The notes: generated by a model from the sequence alone, not told the origin. Positions 19,734-29,221 are shown, counted from the stretch's first letter. The stretch is 64,000 nucleotides of DNA from an uncultured Gemmatimonadales bacterium (GCA_963798915.1 CAWCVB010000005.1:324012-388011), one strand, 5' to 3'. Numbers and translations are program-made.

Positions 19734-20465
19734 GTGGCCAGTTCCTATTGGCGCCTCTCCCGGGCGCCACGCTACAGCCTCCTGTTCGCGCTGCCGCTTC
19801 TGGTGTTCTATGAGGCGGCAGCGTTTCTGTTGTCCGGCGACGCCGTCTCCGGCGTCCGGAACGGGGCAGACGTCCTGCTCAAGAGTCTCTTCCTCACCCT
19901 TGGCGGCCGGCGCGGGCTGGTAGCATTCGATGTGCTCCTGGTGGTGGTGGCGGGCATCTTCATCGTCCGGGACTTCCGGCGGAATCCCGGTCCGCTTCGG
20001 GGCGGAGTCTTTGGGGTCATGCTGGGCGAATCGGTCGTCGGCGGACTCATCTTCGGTGTGGTGGCGGGCCTGCTCACGGCAGTGCTGCTTCGTGGCGTGC
20101 CCCGGCTGATGCTCGCCCCGGTAGCGGCGCTCAGCGTGCCAACCCAGCTCACCGTCGCGCTCGGGGCGGGGATCTACGAGGAATTGCTGTTCAGGGTCCT
20201 TCTGGTCGGAGGGCTGGCGCTGTTCGCGCGCCGAGTGCTGGGTTGGCGACCACTGCCGGGGGGGATCATGGCTGCCAGCGTCGGCGCTGCCCTCTTTTCG
20301 GCGTTCCACTACGTTGGCCCCTACGGAGATCCCTTCTCCCTGGCCACCTTTGTGTTTCGGCTCGTCGCCGGTCTCCTGTTCAGCATCATGTACCTGGTGC
20401 GCGGCTTCGGCATCACGGCCTGGACACACGCCTTGTATGACGTGTTCCTGATCCTCGCCACCTGA
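19734..20465 (+). CDS. CPBP-family intramembrane glutamic endopeptidase (CAAX protease/Abi)
   Basis: 243 aa and multi-TM. The motifs present are EELLFR, FSAFHY and HALYD. Confidence 0.85.
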   Translation: MASSYWRLSRAPRYSLLFALPLLVFYEAAAFLLSGDAVSGVRNGADVLLKSLFLTLGGRRGLVAFDVLLVVVAGIFIVRDFRRNPGPLRGGVFGVMLGESVVGGLIFGVVAGLLTAVLLRGVPRLMLAPVAALSVPTQLTVALGAGIYEELLFRVLLVGGLALFARRVLGWRPLPGGIMAASVGAALFSAFHYVGPYGDPFSLATFVFRLVAGLLFSIMYLVRGFGITAWTHALYDVFLILAT

Positions 20466-20665
20466 GCACAGCGGCTCAACTGGCACCCGCAGCTGGCCTT
20501 CCAGCGGAGGTCTGGCCTCAGGAGTGTTTCATATCGCGAACCATTGTGCATCGCACACGCTGGCTCCGCCCTTCGGGGCATCCGTCACCGCCGGGCGACG
20601 CACGGTCGATTATCCTGCGGTGAAGGCAGGTTTGGCACTGTTCGGACCCAACGTGGAGGCGAACC

Positions 20666-20941
20666 ATGGCTTCAGGTCGCGCATCCGGCCACACGCTCCG
20701 CTCGCTCGGACTCTGGGCGCTGGGCGGCGTCGCCGGGTACCTGATCATCAGGGAATTCAGGGCAGGGGCGCCCGGCAGGGCAGCAGGGCACACGTCCGGG
20801 GGACCGGTGACACCGGCGACGCTACCGGCTGACACGGAGCGAGGCGTCGAGGAGAGCGGCGGGGATTCCGACCAGCAGCTGGATGCCGCCGTTGATGCGA
20901 CCTTCCCGGCGAGTGACCCGATTTCGATGCAGTTTGAGTGA
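20666..20941 (+). CDS. Small single-TM hypothetical protein with a C-terminal TFPASDP motif
   Basis: The RBS GGAGG lies 8 nt upstream of the ATG. The protein is 91 aa with a TM helix LGLWALGGVAGYLII. Confidence 0.5.
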   Translation: MASGRASGHTLRSLGLWALGGVAGYLIIREFRAGAPGRAAGHTSGGPVTPATLPADTERGVEESGGDSDQQLDAAVDATFPASDPISMQFE

Positions 20942-20988
20942 CATCCTCAGGGGCCAATCTTCAGTCGCCTGCCAAGTCTGATCCATAG

Positions 20989-21037
20989 CCACTGACGACC
21001 GACGACTGACGACCGACGACCAACGACCGACGACTTA
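20989..21037. repeat. Seven degenerate heptamer units (CGACYRA) abutting the DsbA-like gene stop
   Basis: The units are CCACTGA CGACCGA CGACTGA CGACCGA CGACCAA CGACCGA CGACTTA. The last unit contains the TAA stop (21035-21037) of the minus-strand gene. Confidence 0.85.
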
Positions 21038-21694
21038 CTTGCTCCTCTCCGCGATGATCGAGTCGAGTATCGGCCGAAAGACCTCGATCGGCTGGGCGCC
21101 GATCAGCAGCCCTCCCTCGATGAAGAAAGACGGCGTGGCATTCGCGCCCGTACGGGCGGATGCCAGCGCCTCCTCACGCACCGCTGTCTCGACGGTTGAA
21201 TCGGCCAGACATCGCAGGGTCGAGTCCCGGTCAAGCCCTGCCGAATCCGCCAGTCCCAACAGCGCTGGCACCGGATTCTCCATCGGTGCCCATGCTGACT
21301 GGGCCTGAAACAGAAGGTCGTGCAGGGTCCAGAACTTGCCTTGCCGGGCGGCGCACAGGCCCAGTTCGGCCGCGGGCAGCGCGTTGGGATGAATCTCGGT
21401 GATCGGGAAGTTGATGAAGATGTAGCGTACCTTGCCGGTGGCGATGTACTCGCGCTCCAGCACCGGCAGTGTTTCCACGGCATGACGGCGGCAAAAGGGG
21501 CACTGGAAGTCCGACATCTCATAGACGGTGACGGGTGCGTCACTCCGGCCCATCACCCGAGCCTCACGCGGGTCCCCGGTGTCGGCGGCCATGGGCCCCG
21601 GCGTCGAGACGTTCGGCGGCGGCTCCTGCCTCGGCGGCGATCCGGAGCATGCCGGGGCCAGGAGCGCGGCCAGAATCAGCGAACGGATCAGCAT
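21035..21694 (-). CDS. DsbA-family thiol:disulfide oxidoreductase lipoprotein
   Basis: 219 aa with a signal and lipobox (LLAPAC) and the thioredoxin-fold active site FQCPFC. Confidence 0.85.
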   Translation of the reverse strand: MLIRSLILAALLAPACSGSPPRQEPPPNVSTPGPMAADTGDPREARVMGRSDAPVTVYEMSDFQCPFCRRHAVETLPVLEREYIATGKVRYIFINFPITEIHPNALPAAELGLCAARQGKFWTLHDLLFQAQSAWAPMENPVPALLGLADSAGLDRDSTLRCLADSTVETAVREEALASARTGANATPSFFIEGGLLIGAQPIEVFRPILDSIIAERSK

Positions 21695-21696
21695 CG

Positions 21697-22383
21697 TCAG
21701 CGCGAGCGGCGGCGGCCGCTCTCCGGATCGAGCATCACTGTGTCGCCCGTGACCTTCACGTTCCAGTACCAGGTCCGGTTCGGGTCAAGCGGATCCCATG
21801 AACTGGCGCTGACCCACCATCCGCCCGGCAGCGATGGCAGCGTCAGGACTGCCTCTCCTGCGCTATTGGTGGTATCGCTGATCGGCTTGCCACCAGTCTG
21901 GCGCATGAGTTCCTTCGCTCGACCGTCATATCCCGCATAGGTGCTATCTTCCCAGCGAGCCACCGCACCCCGCAGTGAGTCAATGCGGTCGCCCACCGCC
22001 GTCCGGGCCTTACTGAGCGCCTGTCTGGCCTCGGCCAGTCTGGTGTCGGCGGCCAGCAGCGCCGAGGCTGGCAAGCTGCCCGCGCTGACTGAGTCGCTGA
22101 TGGCTGAGCGCGCCTGGTTTGCCGTGAAATAGGCCAGGAAGGGCCCCTTGAAGGCATTGTAGAGGGAGTCGAGCTGGTCGGTGAACGGGCGGCCGCCTCC
22201 ATGCTCGCGCTCCATGGCAGTCGTGAGACTGTCCCGGTCGAATGGAAGCGCGGTTACGGTTACGCCGCTGGCTGGTGTCAGCCGCTCGGCCAGGTCAGGA
22301 ATGGCCACGCGGACGACGACCTTCCGAGGGCCGTGGCAGGCGGCCAGCGACAACGCAAGAAGGAGGACTGTTGGGCGGAGCAC
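21697..22383 (-). CDS. Lipoprotein of unknown function
   Basis: 228 aa with a GTG start and lipobox LSLAAC. I recognise no family. Confidence 0.55.
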   Translation of the reverse strand: MLRPTVLLLALSLAACHGPRKVVVRVAIPDLAERLTPASGVTVTALPFDRDSLTTAMEREHGGGRPFTDQLDSLYNAFKGPFLAYFTANQARSAISDSVSAGSLPASALLAADTRLAEARQALSKARTAVGDRIDSLRGAVARWEDSTYAGYDGRAKELMRQTGGKPISDTTNSAGEAVLTLPSLPGGWWVSASSWDPLDPNRTWYWNVKVTGDTVMLDPESGRRRSR

Positions 22384-22385
22384 GA

Positions 22386-23204
22386 ATGAAAGCTATCGCG
22401 GCGCTGGTGCCGCTACAACTTCTGGCCGCCGGGCTGCAGGCGCAGGCGGGCCTCCAGCAATACGTTCCAGACCGCCCGACCGGCTTCGTGAGTGACTTTG
22501 CCGGTGTCGTCGATGCCGCATCCAGCGCGCGCATGACCGATCTCATCCAGCGGCTTCGGGGCACCACCAAGTCGGAAATTGCGGTCGTCACCCTCCCGAC
22601 CATCGGCGATCGTGATGGCGCCGAGGTGGCGCTTGCCATCGGCCGAAAGTGGGGCGTCGGATTCGAGGGCGGGGTCGGGGACTCCACCCGCAATCGCGGC
22701 ATCGTTGTCCTGCTGGTCCCGCGCCAGGATGGTCGAGCTGGTTCGGGACATATTCGTATCGAAGTCGGATACGGTCTCGAAGGTATCGTGACCGATGCCT
22801 TGGCGGGCAGGATCCGCGATGACGTCATGGGCCCGCTGCTCGCGAGGGAGCAGTACGGGCGGGGCCTGCTGGCTGGGGTCGAAGCCTTGGCATCGCTGAT
22901 CGCGCGCGCCAATGGCGTGACTGACTCCACGCTGACGGCATGGAACCCGGACGCAGTGCGCGGTGGTGGCAGCGGTGGTTCGCCCATCCGGTATCTGCCT
23001 CTCCTGCTGTTCCTCCTCTTTGGGTTTGTGCTCCCACTCCTTTCCCGGCGGGGGCGCCGCCGGCGGGGGATATATTGGGGAGGGCCCTGGATTGGTGGCG
23101 GATTCGGGGGCGGAGGTGGCTGGGGCGGTGGGGGAGGCGGTGGTTTCGGCGGATTTGGCGGAGGCGGCGGATTTGGTGGCGGCGGAGCTGGAGGGCGGTT
23201 CTGA
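22386..23204 (+). CDS. TPM-domain (YgcG-like) protein with a Gly-rich C-terminal tail
   Basis: The ATG at 22386 gives signal MKAIAALVPLQLLAAGLQA. The TPM core is VSDFAGVV..EIAVVTLPTIGDRD..IVVLLVP..RIEVGYGLEGIVTD. A TM segment and a GGGFGGGGGWGGGGGGGFGGFGGGGGF tail follow. Confidence 0.8.
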   Translation: MKAIAALVPLQLLAAGLQAQAGLQQYVPDRPTGFVSDFAGVVDAASSARMTDLIQRLRGTTKSEIAVVTLPTIGDRDGAEVALAIGRKWGVGFEGGVGDSTRNRGIVVLLVPRQDGRAGSGHIRIEVGYGLEGIVTDALAGRIRDDVMGPLLAREQYGRGLLAGVEALASLIARANGVTDSTLTAWNPDAVRGGGSGGSPIRYLPLLLFLLFGFVLPLLSRRGRRRRGIYWGGPWIGGGFGGGGGWGGGGGGGFGGFGGGGGFGGGGAGGRF

Positions 23205-23929
23205 TGCATCAGGCAGTGCAATCGACGGTGAACGACTTTCTTGCGTCTGCGGACGCCACGCTGCCAAAGGGCTATAGTGCGGTGCTCTATGGCTCGGCCG
23301 CCCGGGGTGACTATGTCGCCGGCCGGAGTGACGTCAATCTCCTGGTGGTGGCGGACAGCGCCGATTTTCCGGTCCTGCGGGCACTTGGATCGGCGCTGCG
23401 TACGTGGAGCAAGGCGTCACGCGAGCCGCCCCTCCTGTTCACCCGGTCTGAATGGGCAGACTCGACCGACGCGTTTCCGATAGAGATTACCGACATGCGG
23501 TCCCACTACGAGGTTGTTCGGGGTAGTGATCCGGTGGCGCCCATGCAGGTGAGCCGGGCCGAGCTTCGACAGGCGCTCGAGAGCGAGCTTCGCGGCAAGC
23601 TGATGCGGCTGCGACAGGCGTACGCCACCTTCGGCAACGACGCCGGCAAACTGACTCCCGTCGCCCGGAGCTCAGTCTCATCCATCCTGGTCCTGTTGCG
23701 GGCGCTGGTCGGCTTGGAACGTGGCGAGGGTGCCGCGTCTGACGATTCCGAGCGGCTGGTTGGGGAGGCAGCCCGGATCTCCGAATTTGCCCCCGATGCG
23801 CTGCTGGCACTGGTTCGTCATCGTGACCAGAAGTCATGGAGCTGCGGCGCCGACCTGTTCGAAGGCTATGTGACGTCCGTGGCGCGCGCCGCGCACCACG
23901 TCGATCAACTTCAGACCGGAGATTCGTGA
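23204..23929 (+). CDS. Nucleotidyltransferase-fold protein with a C-terminal helical domain
   Basis: 241 aa with the Pol-beta-type NTase motif LYGSAARGD..SDVNLLVV. The start overlaps the TPM gene stop (TGATG). Confidence 0.7.
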   Translation: MHQAVQSTVNDFLASADATLPKGYSAVLYGSAARGDYVAGRSDVNLLVVADSADFPVLRALGSALRTWSKASREPPLLFTRSEWADSTDAFPIEITDMRSHYEVVRGSDPVAPMQVSRAELRQALESELRGKLMRLRQAYATFGNDAGKLTPVARSSVSSILVLLRALVGLERGEGAASDDSERLVGEAARISEFAPDALLALVRHRDQKSWSCGADLFEGYVTSVARAAHHVDQLQTGDS

Positions 23930-24493
23930 ATGAAGCGCGTCAGGCTCTCCTCCGCCCTGCTGGCCGTGGCGCTGGCCACGTCGGGCTGCGGATACAACAC
24001 GATTCAGACGAAGGATGAGCAGGTCAACAAGGCTCAGGGCAACATCCAGACCCAGTTGCAGCGCCGGGCCGACCTGATTCCGAACCTGGTGGAAACGGTG
24101 AAGGGCGTGACCAAGCAGGAGGATACCGTATTCATCTCGATCGCCAATGCGCGGGCTCGCCTGAATGGCGCCGTCCAGAGTGGCAATGTGCCCGCAATGG
24201 CCCAGGCGAACGCGGCGCTGTCGAGCGGACTGGGCCGTCTCCTCGCCATCGCCGAGAATTATCCCGACCTGAAGTCGAGCCAGAATTTCCGCGACCTGCA
24301 ATCGCAGCTGGAAGGGACCGAGAACCGGGTGGCCGTGGCGAGGACGGACTACAATGATGCGGTCAACCAGTACAACTCATTCATCCGGCGGTTTCCCTAT
24401 AACCTGACCGCCAAGATCTTCGGCATGAGCAAGCCGAGGGACTACTTCGAGGCGGAACCGGGTGCGACCGAGACGCCGAAGGTGAAGTTCTAG
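23930..24493 (+). CDS. lemA: LemA-family protein
   Basis: 187 aa with lipobox LATSGC. QLQRRADLIPNLVETVKG..ENYPDLKSSQNFRDLQSQLEGTENRVAVAR..YNDAV..YN is the LemA signature. Confidence 0.9.
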   Translation: MKRVRLSSALLAVALATSGCGYNTIQTKDEQVNKAQGNIQTQLQRRADLIPNLVETVKGVTKQEDTVFISIANARARLNGAVQSGNVPAMAQANAALSSGLGRLLAIAENYPDLKSSQNFRDLQSQLEGTENRVAVARTDYNDAVNQYNSFIRRFPYNLTAKIFGMSKPRDYFEAEPGATETPKVKF

Positions 24494-24496
24494 ACG

Positions 24497-24615
24497 ACGG
24501 AAGGAACGGAGGCGGGAAGGCGGGAAGGCGGGACGCCAAAAGGGGCAGCTTCGCGATAACGCGGCGCTGCCCCTTGCCTCACTCCACTTCCCGTCTTTCC
24601 GTCTTCCCGTCTAAT
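24497..24615. repeat. Inverted octamer arrays flanking the lemA / M23 convergent terminator
   Basis: Left arm 24497-24536: ACGGAAGG AACGGAGG CGGGAAGG CGGGAAGG CGGGACGC. Right arm 24584-24615: CCACTTCC CGTCTTTC CGTCTTCC CGTCTAAT. The last unit contains the M23 gene TAG (24611-24613). Confidence 0.8.
24538..24575. terminator. Bidirectional GC-rich terminator hairpin between lemA and the M23 peptidase gene
   Basis: The stem is GGGGCAGC (24542-24549) with GCTGCCCC (24566-24573), plus an inner CGCG/CGCG stem. It is flanked by AAAA on the left (U4 for the minus transcript) and TT on the right. Confidence 0.7.
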
Positions 24616-25537
24616 CAGTAACCACATCCGGCAGCACGTACCGCAGCGGGTTCACCGGACGCCCATTGACGTGCACTTCGTAGTGAAGATGTGGGCCAGT
24701 GGCGAGGCCGGTGCTGCCGACCAGCGCAATCCGCTCGCCCCGCTTGACGCGCTGGCCCTTCCGGACCAGTGCCTTGGAGGTGTGGGCAAACTTGGTCACG
24801 ATGCCGTACCCGTGGTCCAGCTCGACGACGTTGCCGTAGCCTGATTCCCACCCCACTTCGATGACCCGGCCAGCCGCGGGTGCTTCAATCGGCGTTCCGG
24901 TCGGCGCTGAGACATCGATGCCTTCATGCGGCCTGGCGTAGCCGAGAATCGGGTGCAGCCGGGCCGACGTGAAGTTGCTGGTGAGCCAGCCCTGCGTGGG
25001 CAGGATCGAAGGCATGGCCTCCACCCGGTCCTTGTGGGAGGCAAGGCTGTCGGCGGCTTCGTTGAAGGACGTGGCCAGCAGGTTGGCGCGGCGGATCATC
25101 GCGCTGAGGTCCACCTTGATTTCATCGGCACGACGAACCAGCACGCTCTTGGGCTGGCTGTCAGCGCGCTTGGGCTCGGCCGGACCACCGATGCCGGCCT
25201 CCCGCACCTCAGGTGCGATCGGGTCGAGGTTGGCGAGCACGCGGATCTGTTCATCGCGCTCGGAGAGCGCGGCCACGGTATCGGTCAGGTGATGCAGCCG
25301 GCCATGCAGGTCGCCCAGCTCGGCGGCGAGGGCGCGGTTCTCTTTTTCCAGCTGGTCGGCGCGGGAGAGGTCGATCGAATGGGAAAGATTGGCGTAGCCG
25401 AACAGCAGCGAGGCAGCGACCAGCACGACGGCAAGGCCGGCGCCCAGCTTGAGCAACGAGTAGGACACTTCGATGATCCGGGACGGTTCCGAATCATGGG
25501 GAACCAGCACGAGAGTCCAGCGGCGCTTCTTGGCCAT
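24611..25537 (-). CDS. M23-family metallopeptidase
   Basis: The start was taken at MAKKRRWTLVLV (25537). The protein has a TM helix and a coiled coil. The M23 core reads HEGIDVSAPTGTPIEAPAAGRV..GYGNVVELDHGYGIVTKFAHTS..GSTGLATGPHLHYEV. Confidence 0.88.
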   Translation of the reverse strand: MAKKRRWTLVLVPHDSEPSRIIEVSYSLLKLGAGLAVVLVAASLLFGYANLSHSIDLSRADQLEKENRALAAELGDLHGRLHHLTDTVAALSERDEQIRVLANLDPIAPEVREAGIGGPAEPKRADSQPKSVLVRRADEIKVDLSAMIRRANLLATSFNEAADSLASHKDRVEAMPSILPTQGWLTSNFTSARLHPILGYARPHEGIDVSAPTGTPIEAPAAGRVIEVGWESGYGNVVELDHGYGIVTKFAHTSKALVRKGQRVKRGERIALVGSTGLATGPHLHYEVHVNGRPVNPLRYVLPDVVTD

Positions 25538-25740
25538 CCACAGCTCGCATCTCTGGGATTGAATCCACCCCTGCCTGACCAGTCGACCGGGGAGAATCTG
25601 AACGGCCGGCAAAGCCCGGCAGGAAGATGAACCGTGTTCAGCCAGATGTCAAGAACTGCGCCCAAATAGCAAGTGACTGTCTGGCAATGACTTATGCTCG
25701 CCAGATCGGCTCGCGTGCAAGATCGTGCTCTGGCAGTCTG

Positions 25741-27261
25741 CTAGGATGGGGGATTCTTCGGAAACAGCACCGCAGGACGGGTCGTCTGCTGTCCCTGCAC
25801 CGAGAGTTTCCCCAGCTCGTTCAGGCGGACCTTGGTAAGCGGCTCGCTGAAGCCCAGGGCCTGCCAGAGCACCTCGGTCGTCGCAGGCAGGAACGGACTG
25901 GCGAGTACCGCGAGCCGGGCGAGACAGGACGCGAGCGCGCTCAGGATCCGGTCAAGCGTTGCGTCATCGCCGGCCTTGGCCACGGCCCAGGGCGCCGACG
26001 TCTGGATGAACCCGTTGGCGGCTGCCACCAGTTCCCAGACGCCATCGGCGGCGCCGCGCAGGTCCAGCGCGTCCATCCGCTGGCGATAGCGGGACACCGC
26101 CTCGAGCCCGGACGCCTCCAGCGCGTCGGACGGTATCGCCGCTGGCACCTGGCCGTTGCGGTACTTCTCGAGCATGGCGAGCGAGCGGGCGGTCAGATTG
26201 CCGAGGCCGTCCGCCAGATCGGCGGTGTAGCGTTCCTCGAAGCGTTCCCATGTGAAATTGCCATCCGCATCCCAGGGAATTTCCCGCAAGAGGTAATACC
26301 GGAAGGCATCCGGGCCGAAGCGGGTGATGGCATCGTCGAGATCCAGCGTCGTGCCGGCACTCTTGCTGAACCGCTCGCCCCGGAAGTACACGAAGCCATG
26401 GGCCCAGATCCGCCGTGGCCGCTCGAGTCCGGCGGCCTTCAGCATGGCCGGCCAGATGACCGCGTGGAAGCGGGTGATATCCTTTCCGATGACATGCAAC
26501 TGGGCCGGCCATTCGGCACCCGATCCCGCCGCTCGGGTGGCGGTCCAGTAGTTCGGGAGGGCATCAAACCACACGTACGTGGTCTGTTGCTCGCCGTCGC
26601 TCGTCGGGCGGGGAAAGGGCACACCCCACGTGAACCGGGCGCGGCTGGCGCTGATGTCCTCGACGCCCTGGCGCAGGAAACTCAGGACTTCATTCCGGCG
26701 CGACTCCGGCTGGAGGAACTCCGGATCGTTCTGATGCAGCTCGAGCAGGTAGTCGGCATAGCGCGACAGCCGAAAGAACCAGTTCCGCTCCTCCACCCAC
26801 TCGAGTGTCCGTGTCGGATGGAGCGCACACCGGCCATTCTCGATCTCGGCGTCCTGCTTGAATGACTCGCAGCCAACACAATACCAGCCGGCATAGGACT
26901 TTTCGTAAAAATCATCCGGATTGCGTTCGAAGATTCGCTCGATCAGCTCCTGCACCCCGGCCTTGTGCGCTGCGGCAGTAGTGCGGATGAATTGGTCGTG
27001 GGAGATGGCCAGTCGCGTCCACATGGCTTCGAAGCGAGCGGCGACCTGACCGGTGAGGTCCTCCGGCGTCAGGCCGCGTTCCGCTGCGCTCTGCGCGACT
27101 TTCTGGCCATGCTCGTCCATGCCGATCAGGAACCAGACCTCATCGCCCGCGAGCCGATGATACCGCGCGATGGCGTCGGCGCCGAGCTTCTCATAGGCGT
27201 GGCCCAGATGCGGGTCGCCATTGGCATAGTCAATCGCCGTTGTGAGGTAGAACCGGCTCAC
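25741..27261 (-). CDS. metG: Methionine--tRNA ligase
   Basis: 506 aa with a GTG start. The HIGH-type motif is NGDPHLGHAYE and the KMSKS-type motif is RFSKSAG. Confidence 0.95.
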   Translation of the reverse strand: MSRFYLTTAIDYANGDPHLGHAYEKLGADAIARYHRLAGDEVWFLIGMDEHGQKVAQSAAERGLTPEDLTGQVAARFEAMWTRLAISHDQFIRTTAAAHKAGVQELIERIFERNPDDFYEKSYAGWYCVGCESFKQDAEIENGRCALHPTRTLEWVEERNWFFRLSRYADYLLELHQNDPEFLQPESRRNEVLSFLRQGVEDISASRARFTWGVPFPRPTSDGEQQTTYVWFDALPNYWTATRAAGSGAEWPAQLHVIGKDITRFHAVIWPAMLKAAGLERPRRIWAHGFVYFRGERFSKSAGTTLDLDDAITRFGPDAFRYYLLREIPWDADGNFTWERFEERYTADLADGLGNLTARSLAMLEKYRNGQVPAAIPSDALEASGLEAVSRYRQRMDALDLRGAADGVWELVAAANGFIQTSAPWAVAKAGDDATLDRILSALASCLARLAVLASPFLPATTEVLWQALGFSEPLTKVRLNELGKLSVQGQQTTRPAVLFPKNPPS

Positions 27262-28253
27262 GGCTCGTCCAGGCGGCGATCGCGCCGCCGGCGGCGCTTC
27301 CGGCGGCGTTCCGGGTCGTCGGCAACGGGAGCCGGCGTCGGGCCCGGCACGGCGACGTCGGTGGGTGCCGCTCCCGCCCGGACGGGCGCCGCCGCTTCAG
27401 CAGCTTCCTGCTCTTCCCTGAGCTGAACCAGTGGAATGATGCGGGACTCGTTGTTCTCACCGCGGAGATAGACGCGCTCCCGGAAGATGTCCACCGCCAC
27501 GACCTTTTCGGCGCCCTGCGCGGTGCGGAGAATCTTTCCCTCGCGCGGGAACCGTTTGCGACTGGAGACGTAGAACTCGTGCTCGTACTTCAGGCAGCAG
27601 AGCAGCCGTCCGCATCCGCCTGAGATCTGAGATGGATTGAGGGAGAGATGCTGGTCCTTGGCCAGTCCCAGGTTGACCGGCGTCAGTTCCTTGAGCCAGC
27701 TGGAGCAGCAATATTCCCGGCCGCAGCGGCCAACCCCGCTCAACCGGGCGGCCTCGTCCCGGACCCCGATCTGCCGCAGTTCGATTCGCGTGCGGAAGAG
27801 ACTGGCCAGGTCGCGCACCAGCGACCGGAAGTCCACGCGCTTCTCGGCCGTGAAGAAGATGGTGAGCTTGGCGCGATCCCACTGCCACTCGCAGTCGCTC
27901 ACTTTCATGATCAGCTCGTGGGCCCGGACCCGTTCCATCACCTTCCGGCGCACGTCCTCCTCCGACGCCCGGACCTCCCGGTGGACCTGCCGGTCTTCGG
28001 GGCTGGCCTTGCGCACCACGTCGCGCATGGTGGCACCCTGATCGCCGGCGATCGCCTCGCCCACGGCGCAGCCGGTGCAACTGCCGGCGCATTTCTTCTC
28101 CGCGACCTCACCTACCGCGGTCACATGTCCATAGTCCCGCCCGCGCTCGGCATCCACCACGACCGCATCACCATCACGGAGCTGAACCGGAGAACGGAAG
28201 AACGCCTTGCGCGTGCCCTTGAAGCGGACTTCGACCGTGAGTGGCGTATCCAT
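27258..28253 (-). CDS. PSP1 domain protein (YaaT/RicT-like) with an Ala/Pro/Arg-rich tail
   Basis: 331 aa with VRFKGTRKAFF and GGCGRLLCCLKYE. The start overlaps the accA stop (ATGA) and the stop overlaps the metG start. Confidence 0.85.
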   Translation of the reverse strand: MDTPLTVEVRFKGTRKAFFRSPVQLRDGDAVVVDAERGRDYGHVTAVGEVAEKKCAGSCTGCAVGEAIAGDQGATMRDVVRKASPEDRQVHREVRASEEDVRRKVMERVRAHELIMKVSDCEWQWDRAKLTIFFTAEKRVDFRSLVRDLASLFRTRIELRQIGVRDEAARLSGVGRCGREYCCSSWLKELTPVNLGLAKDQHLSLNPSQISGGCGRLLCCLKYEHEFYVSSRKRFPREGKILRTAQGAEKVVAVDIFRERVYLRGENNESRIIPLVQLREEQEAAEAAAPVRAGAAPTDVAVPGPTPAPVADDPERRRKRRRRRDRRLDEP

Positions 28254-29218
28254 CAGTGCTCAGTGTACGCGCCGATGGCCGCGTACTTCTCGGCTCGGCG
28301 GCGGACCAGACGCTCGGGCCTGGTCTTTCGGAGATCGGCCAGCTGCCGGATCAGCGCAGCGCGGAGCGCTTCGCCTGCGGCATCGGGATCAAGGTGGGCG
28401 GCTCCCAGTGGTTCGGGAATGATCTCATCCGCGATCTTGAGGCGCAGCAGATCCTCCGCGGTGAGCTTGAGCGCTTCGGCGGCACGGGCGCGCTGTGAGG
28501 CGTCCTTCCAGAGGATCGCGGCGCACCCCTCGGGCGAGATCACCGAGTACACCGAATTTTCCAGCATGAGAATGCGATCGGCGACCCCCAGGGCCAGCGC
28601 GCCGCCTGAGCCACCTTCACCGATGACCACCGCGATGCACGGCACCGGCAGGGCGCTCATCTCCAGGATATTGCGCGCCAGCGCCTCGCTCTGGCCACGC
28701 TCCTCGGCACCAAGACCCGGGAATGCTCCGGGCGTGTCGATGAGGGTGATCACCGGTACGCCGAACTTGGCGGCCAGTTGCATCAGGCGGAGCGCCTTCC
28801 GGTAGCCTTCGGGATGCGGCATGCCAAAATTGCGCTTGAGGTTCTCGCGAGTATCGCGTCCCTTCTGGTGTCCGATGACCATGACCGTATCGCCATCCAG
28901 GCGGGCCCAGCCACCGACGATGGCGGGATCATCCATGAACAGTCGGTCACCGTGCAGTTCAATGAAGTCGGTAAAGATCGTGCTCAGATAGTCGAGCGTG
29001 TACGGCCGGCGGGGATGGCGCGCGACCTGCACCCGCTGGATCGGGGTCAGGGCCGCGTAGATGCCACTGCGGGCGGTCTCGAGCTTCCGCTCCAGGCCGA
29101 GCAGCTCGTCATCGACATCGATCTCCCGCTCCGTATCGATGCGCCTGAGCTCGTCGATCTGCCGTTCCAGTTCCTGCAGCGGCTTCTCGAAGTCCAGCGT
29201 GTAGAGTGACGGTGCCAT
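28253..29218 (-). CDS. accA: Acetyl-CoA carboxylase carboxyltransferase alpha subunit
   Basis: 321 aa with [67 protein letters not shown]. Confidence 0.95.
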   Translation of the reverse strand: MAPSLYTLDFEKPLQELERQIDELRRIDTEREIDVDDELLGLERKLETARSGIYAALTPIQRVQVARHPRRPYTLDYLSTIFTDFIELHGDRLFMDDPAIVGGWARLDGDTVMVIGHQKGRDTRENLKRNFGMPHPEGYRKALRLMQLAAKFGVPVITLIDTPGAFPGLGAEERGQSEALARNILEMSALPVPCIAVVIGEGGSGGALALGVADRILMLENSVYSVISPEGCAAILWKDASQRARAAEALKLTAEDLLRLKIADEIIPEPLGAAHLDPDAAGEALRAALIRQLADLRKTRPERLVRRRAEKYAAIGAYTEH

Positions 29219-29221
29219 GCG

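Noticed and set aside
22295-23221. Minus-strand ORF with a long poly-proline stretch (PPPPNPPPPPNPPKPPPPPPPQPPPPP)
   Set aside because: It is the reverse complement of the GGN-rich tail of the TPM-domain gene. The TPM reading is supported by domain motifs and a signal peptide.
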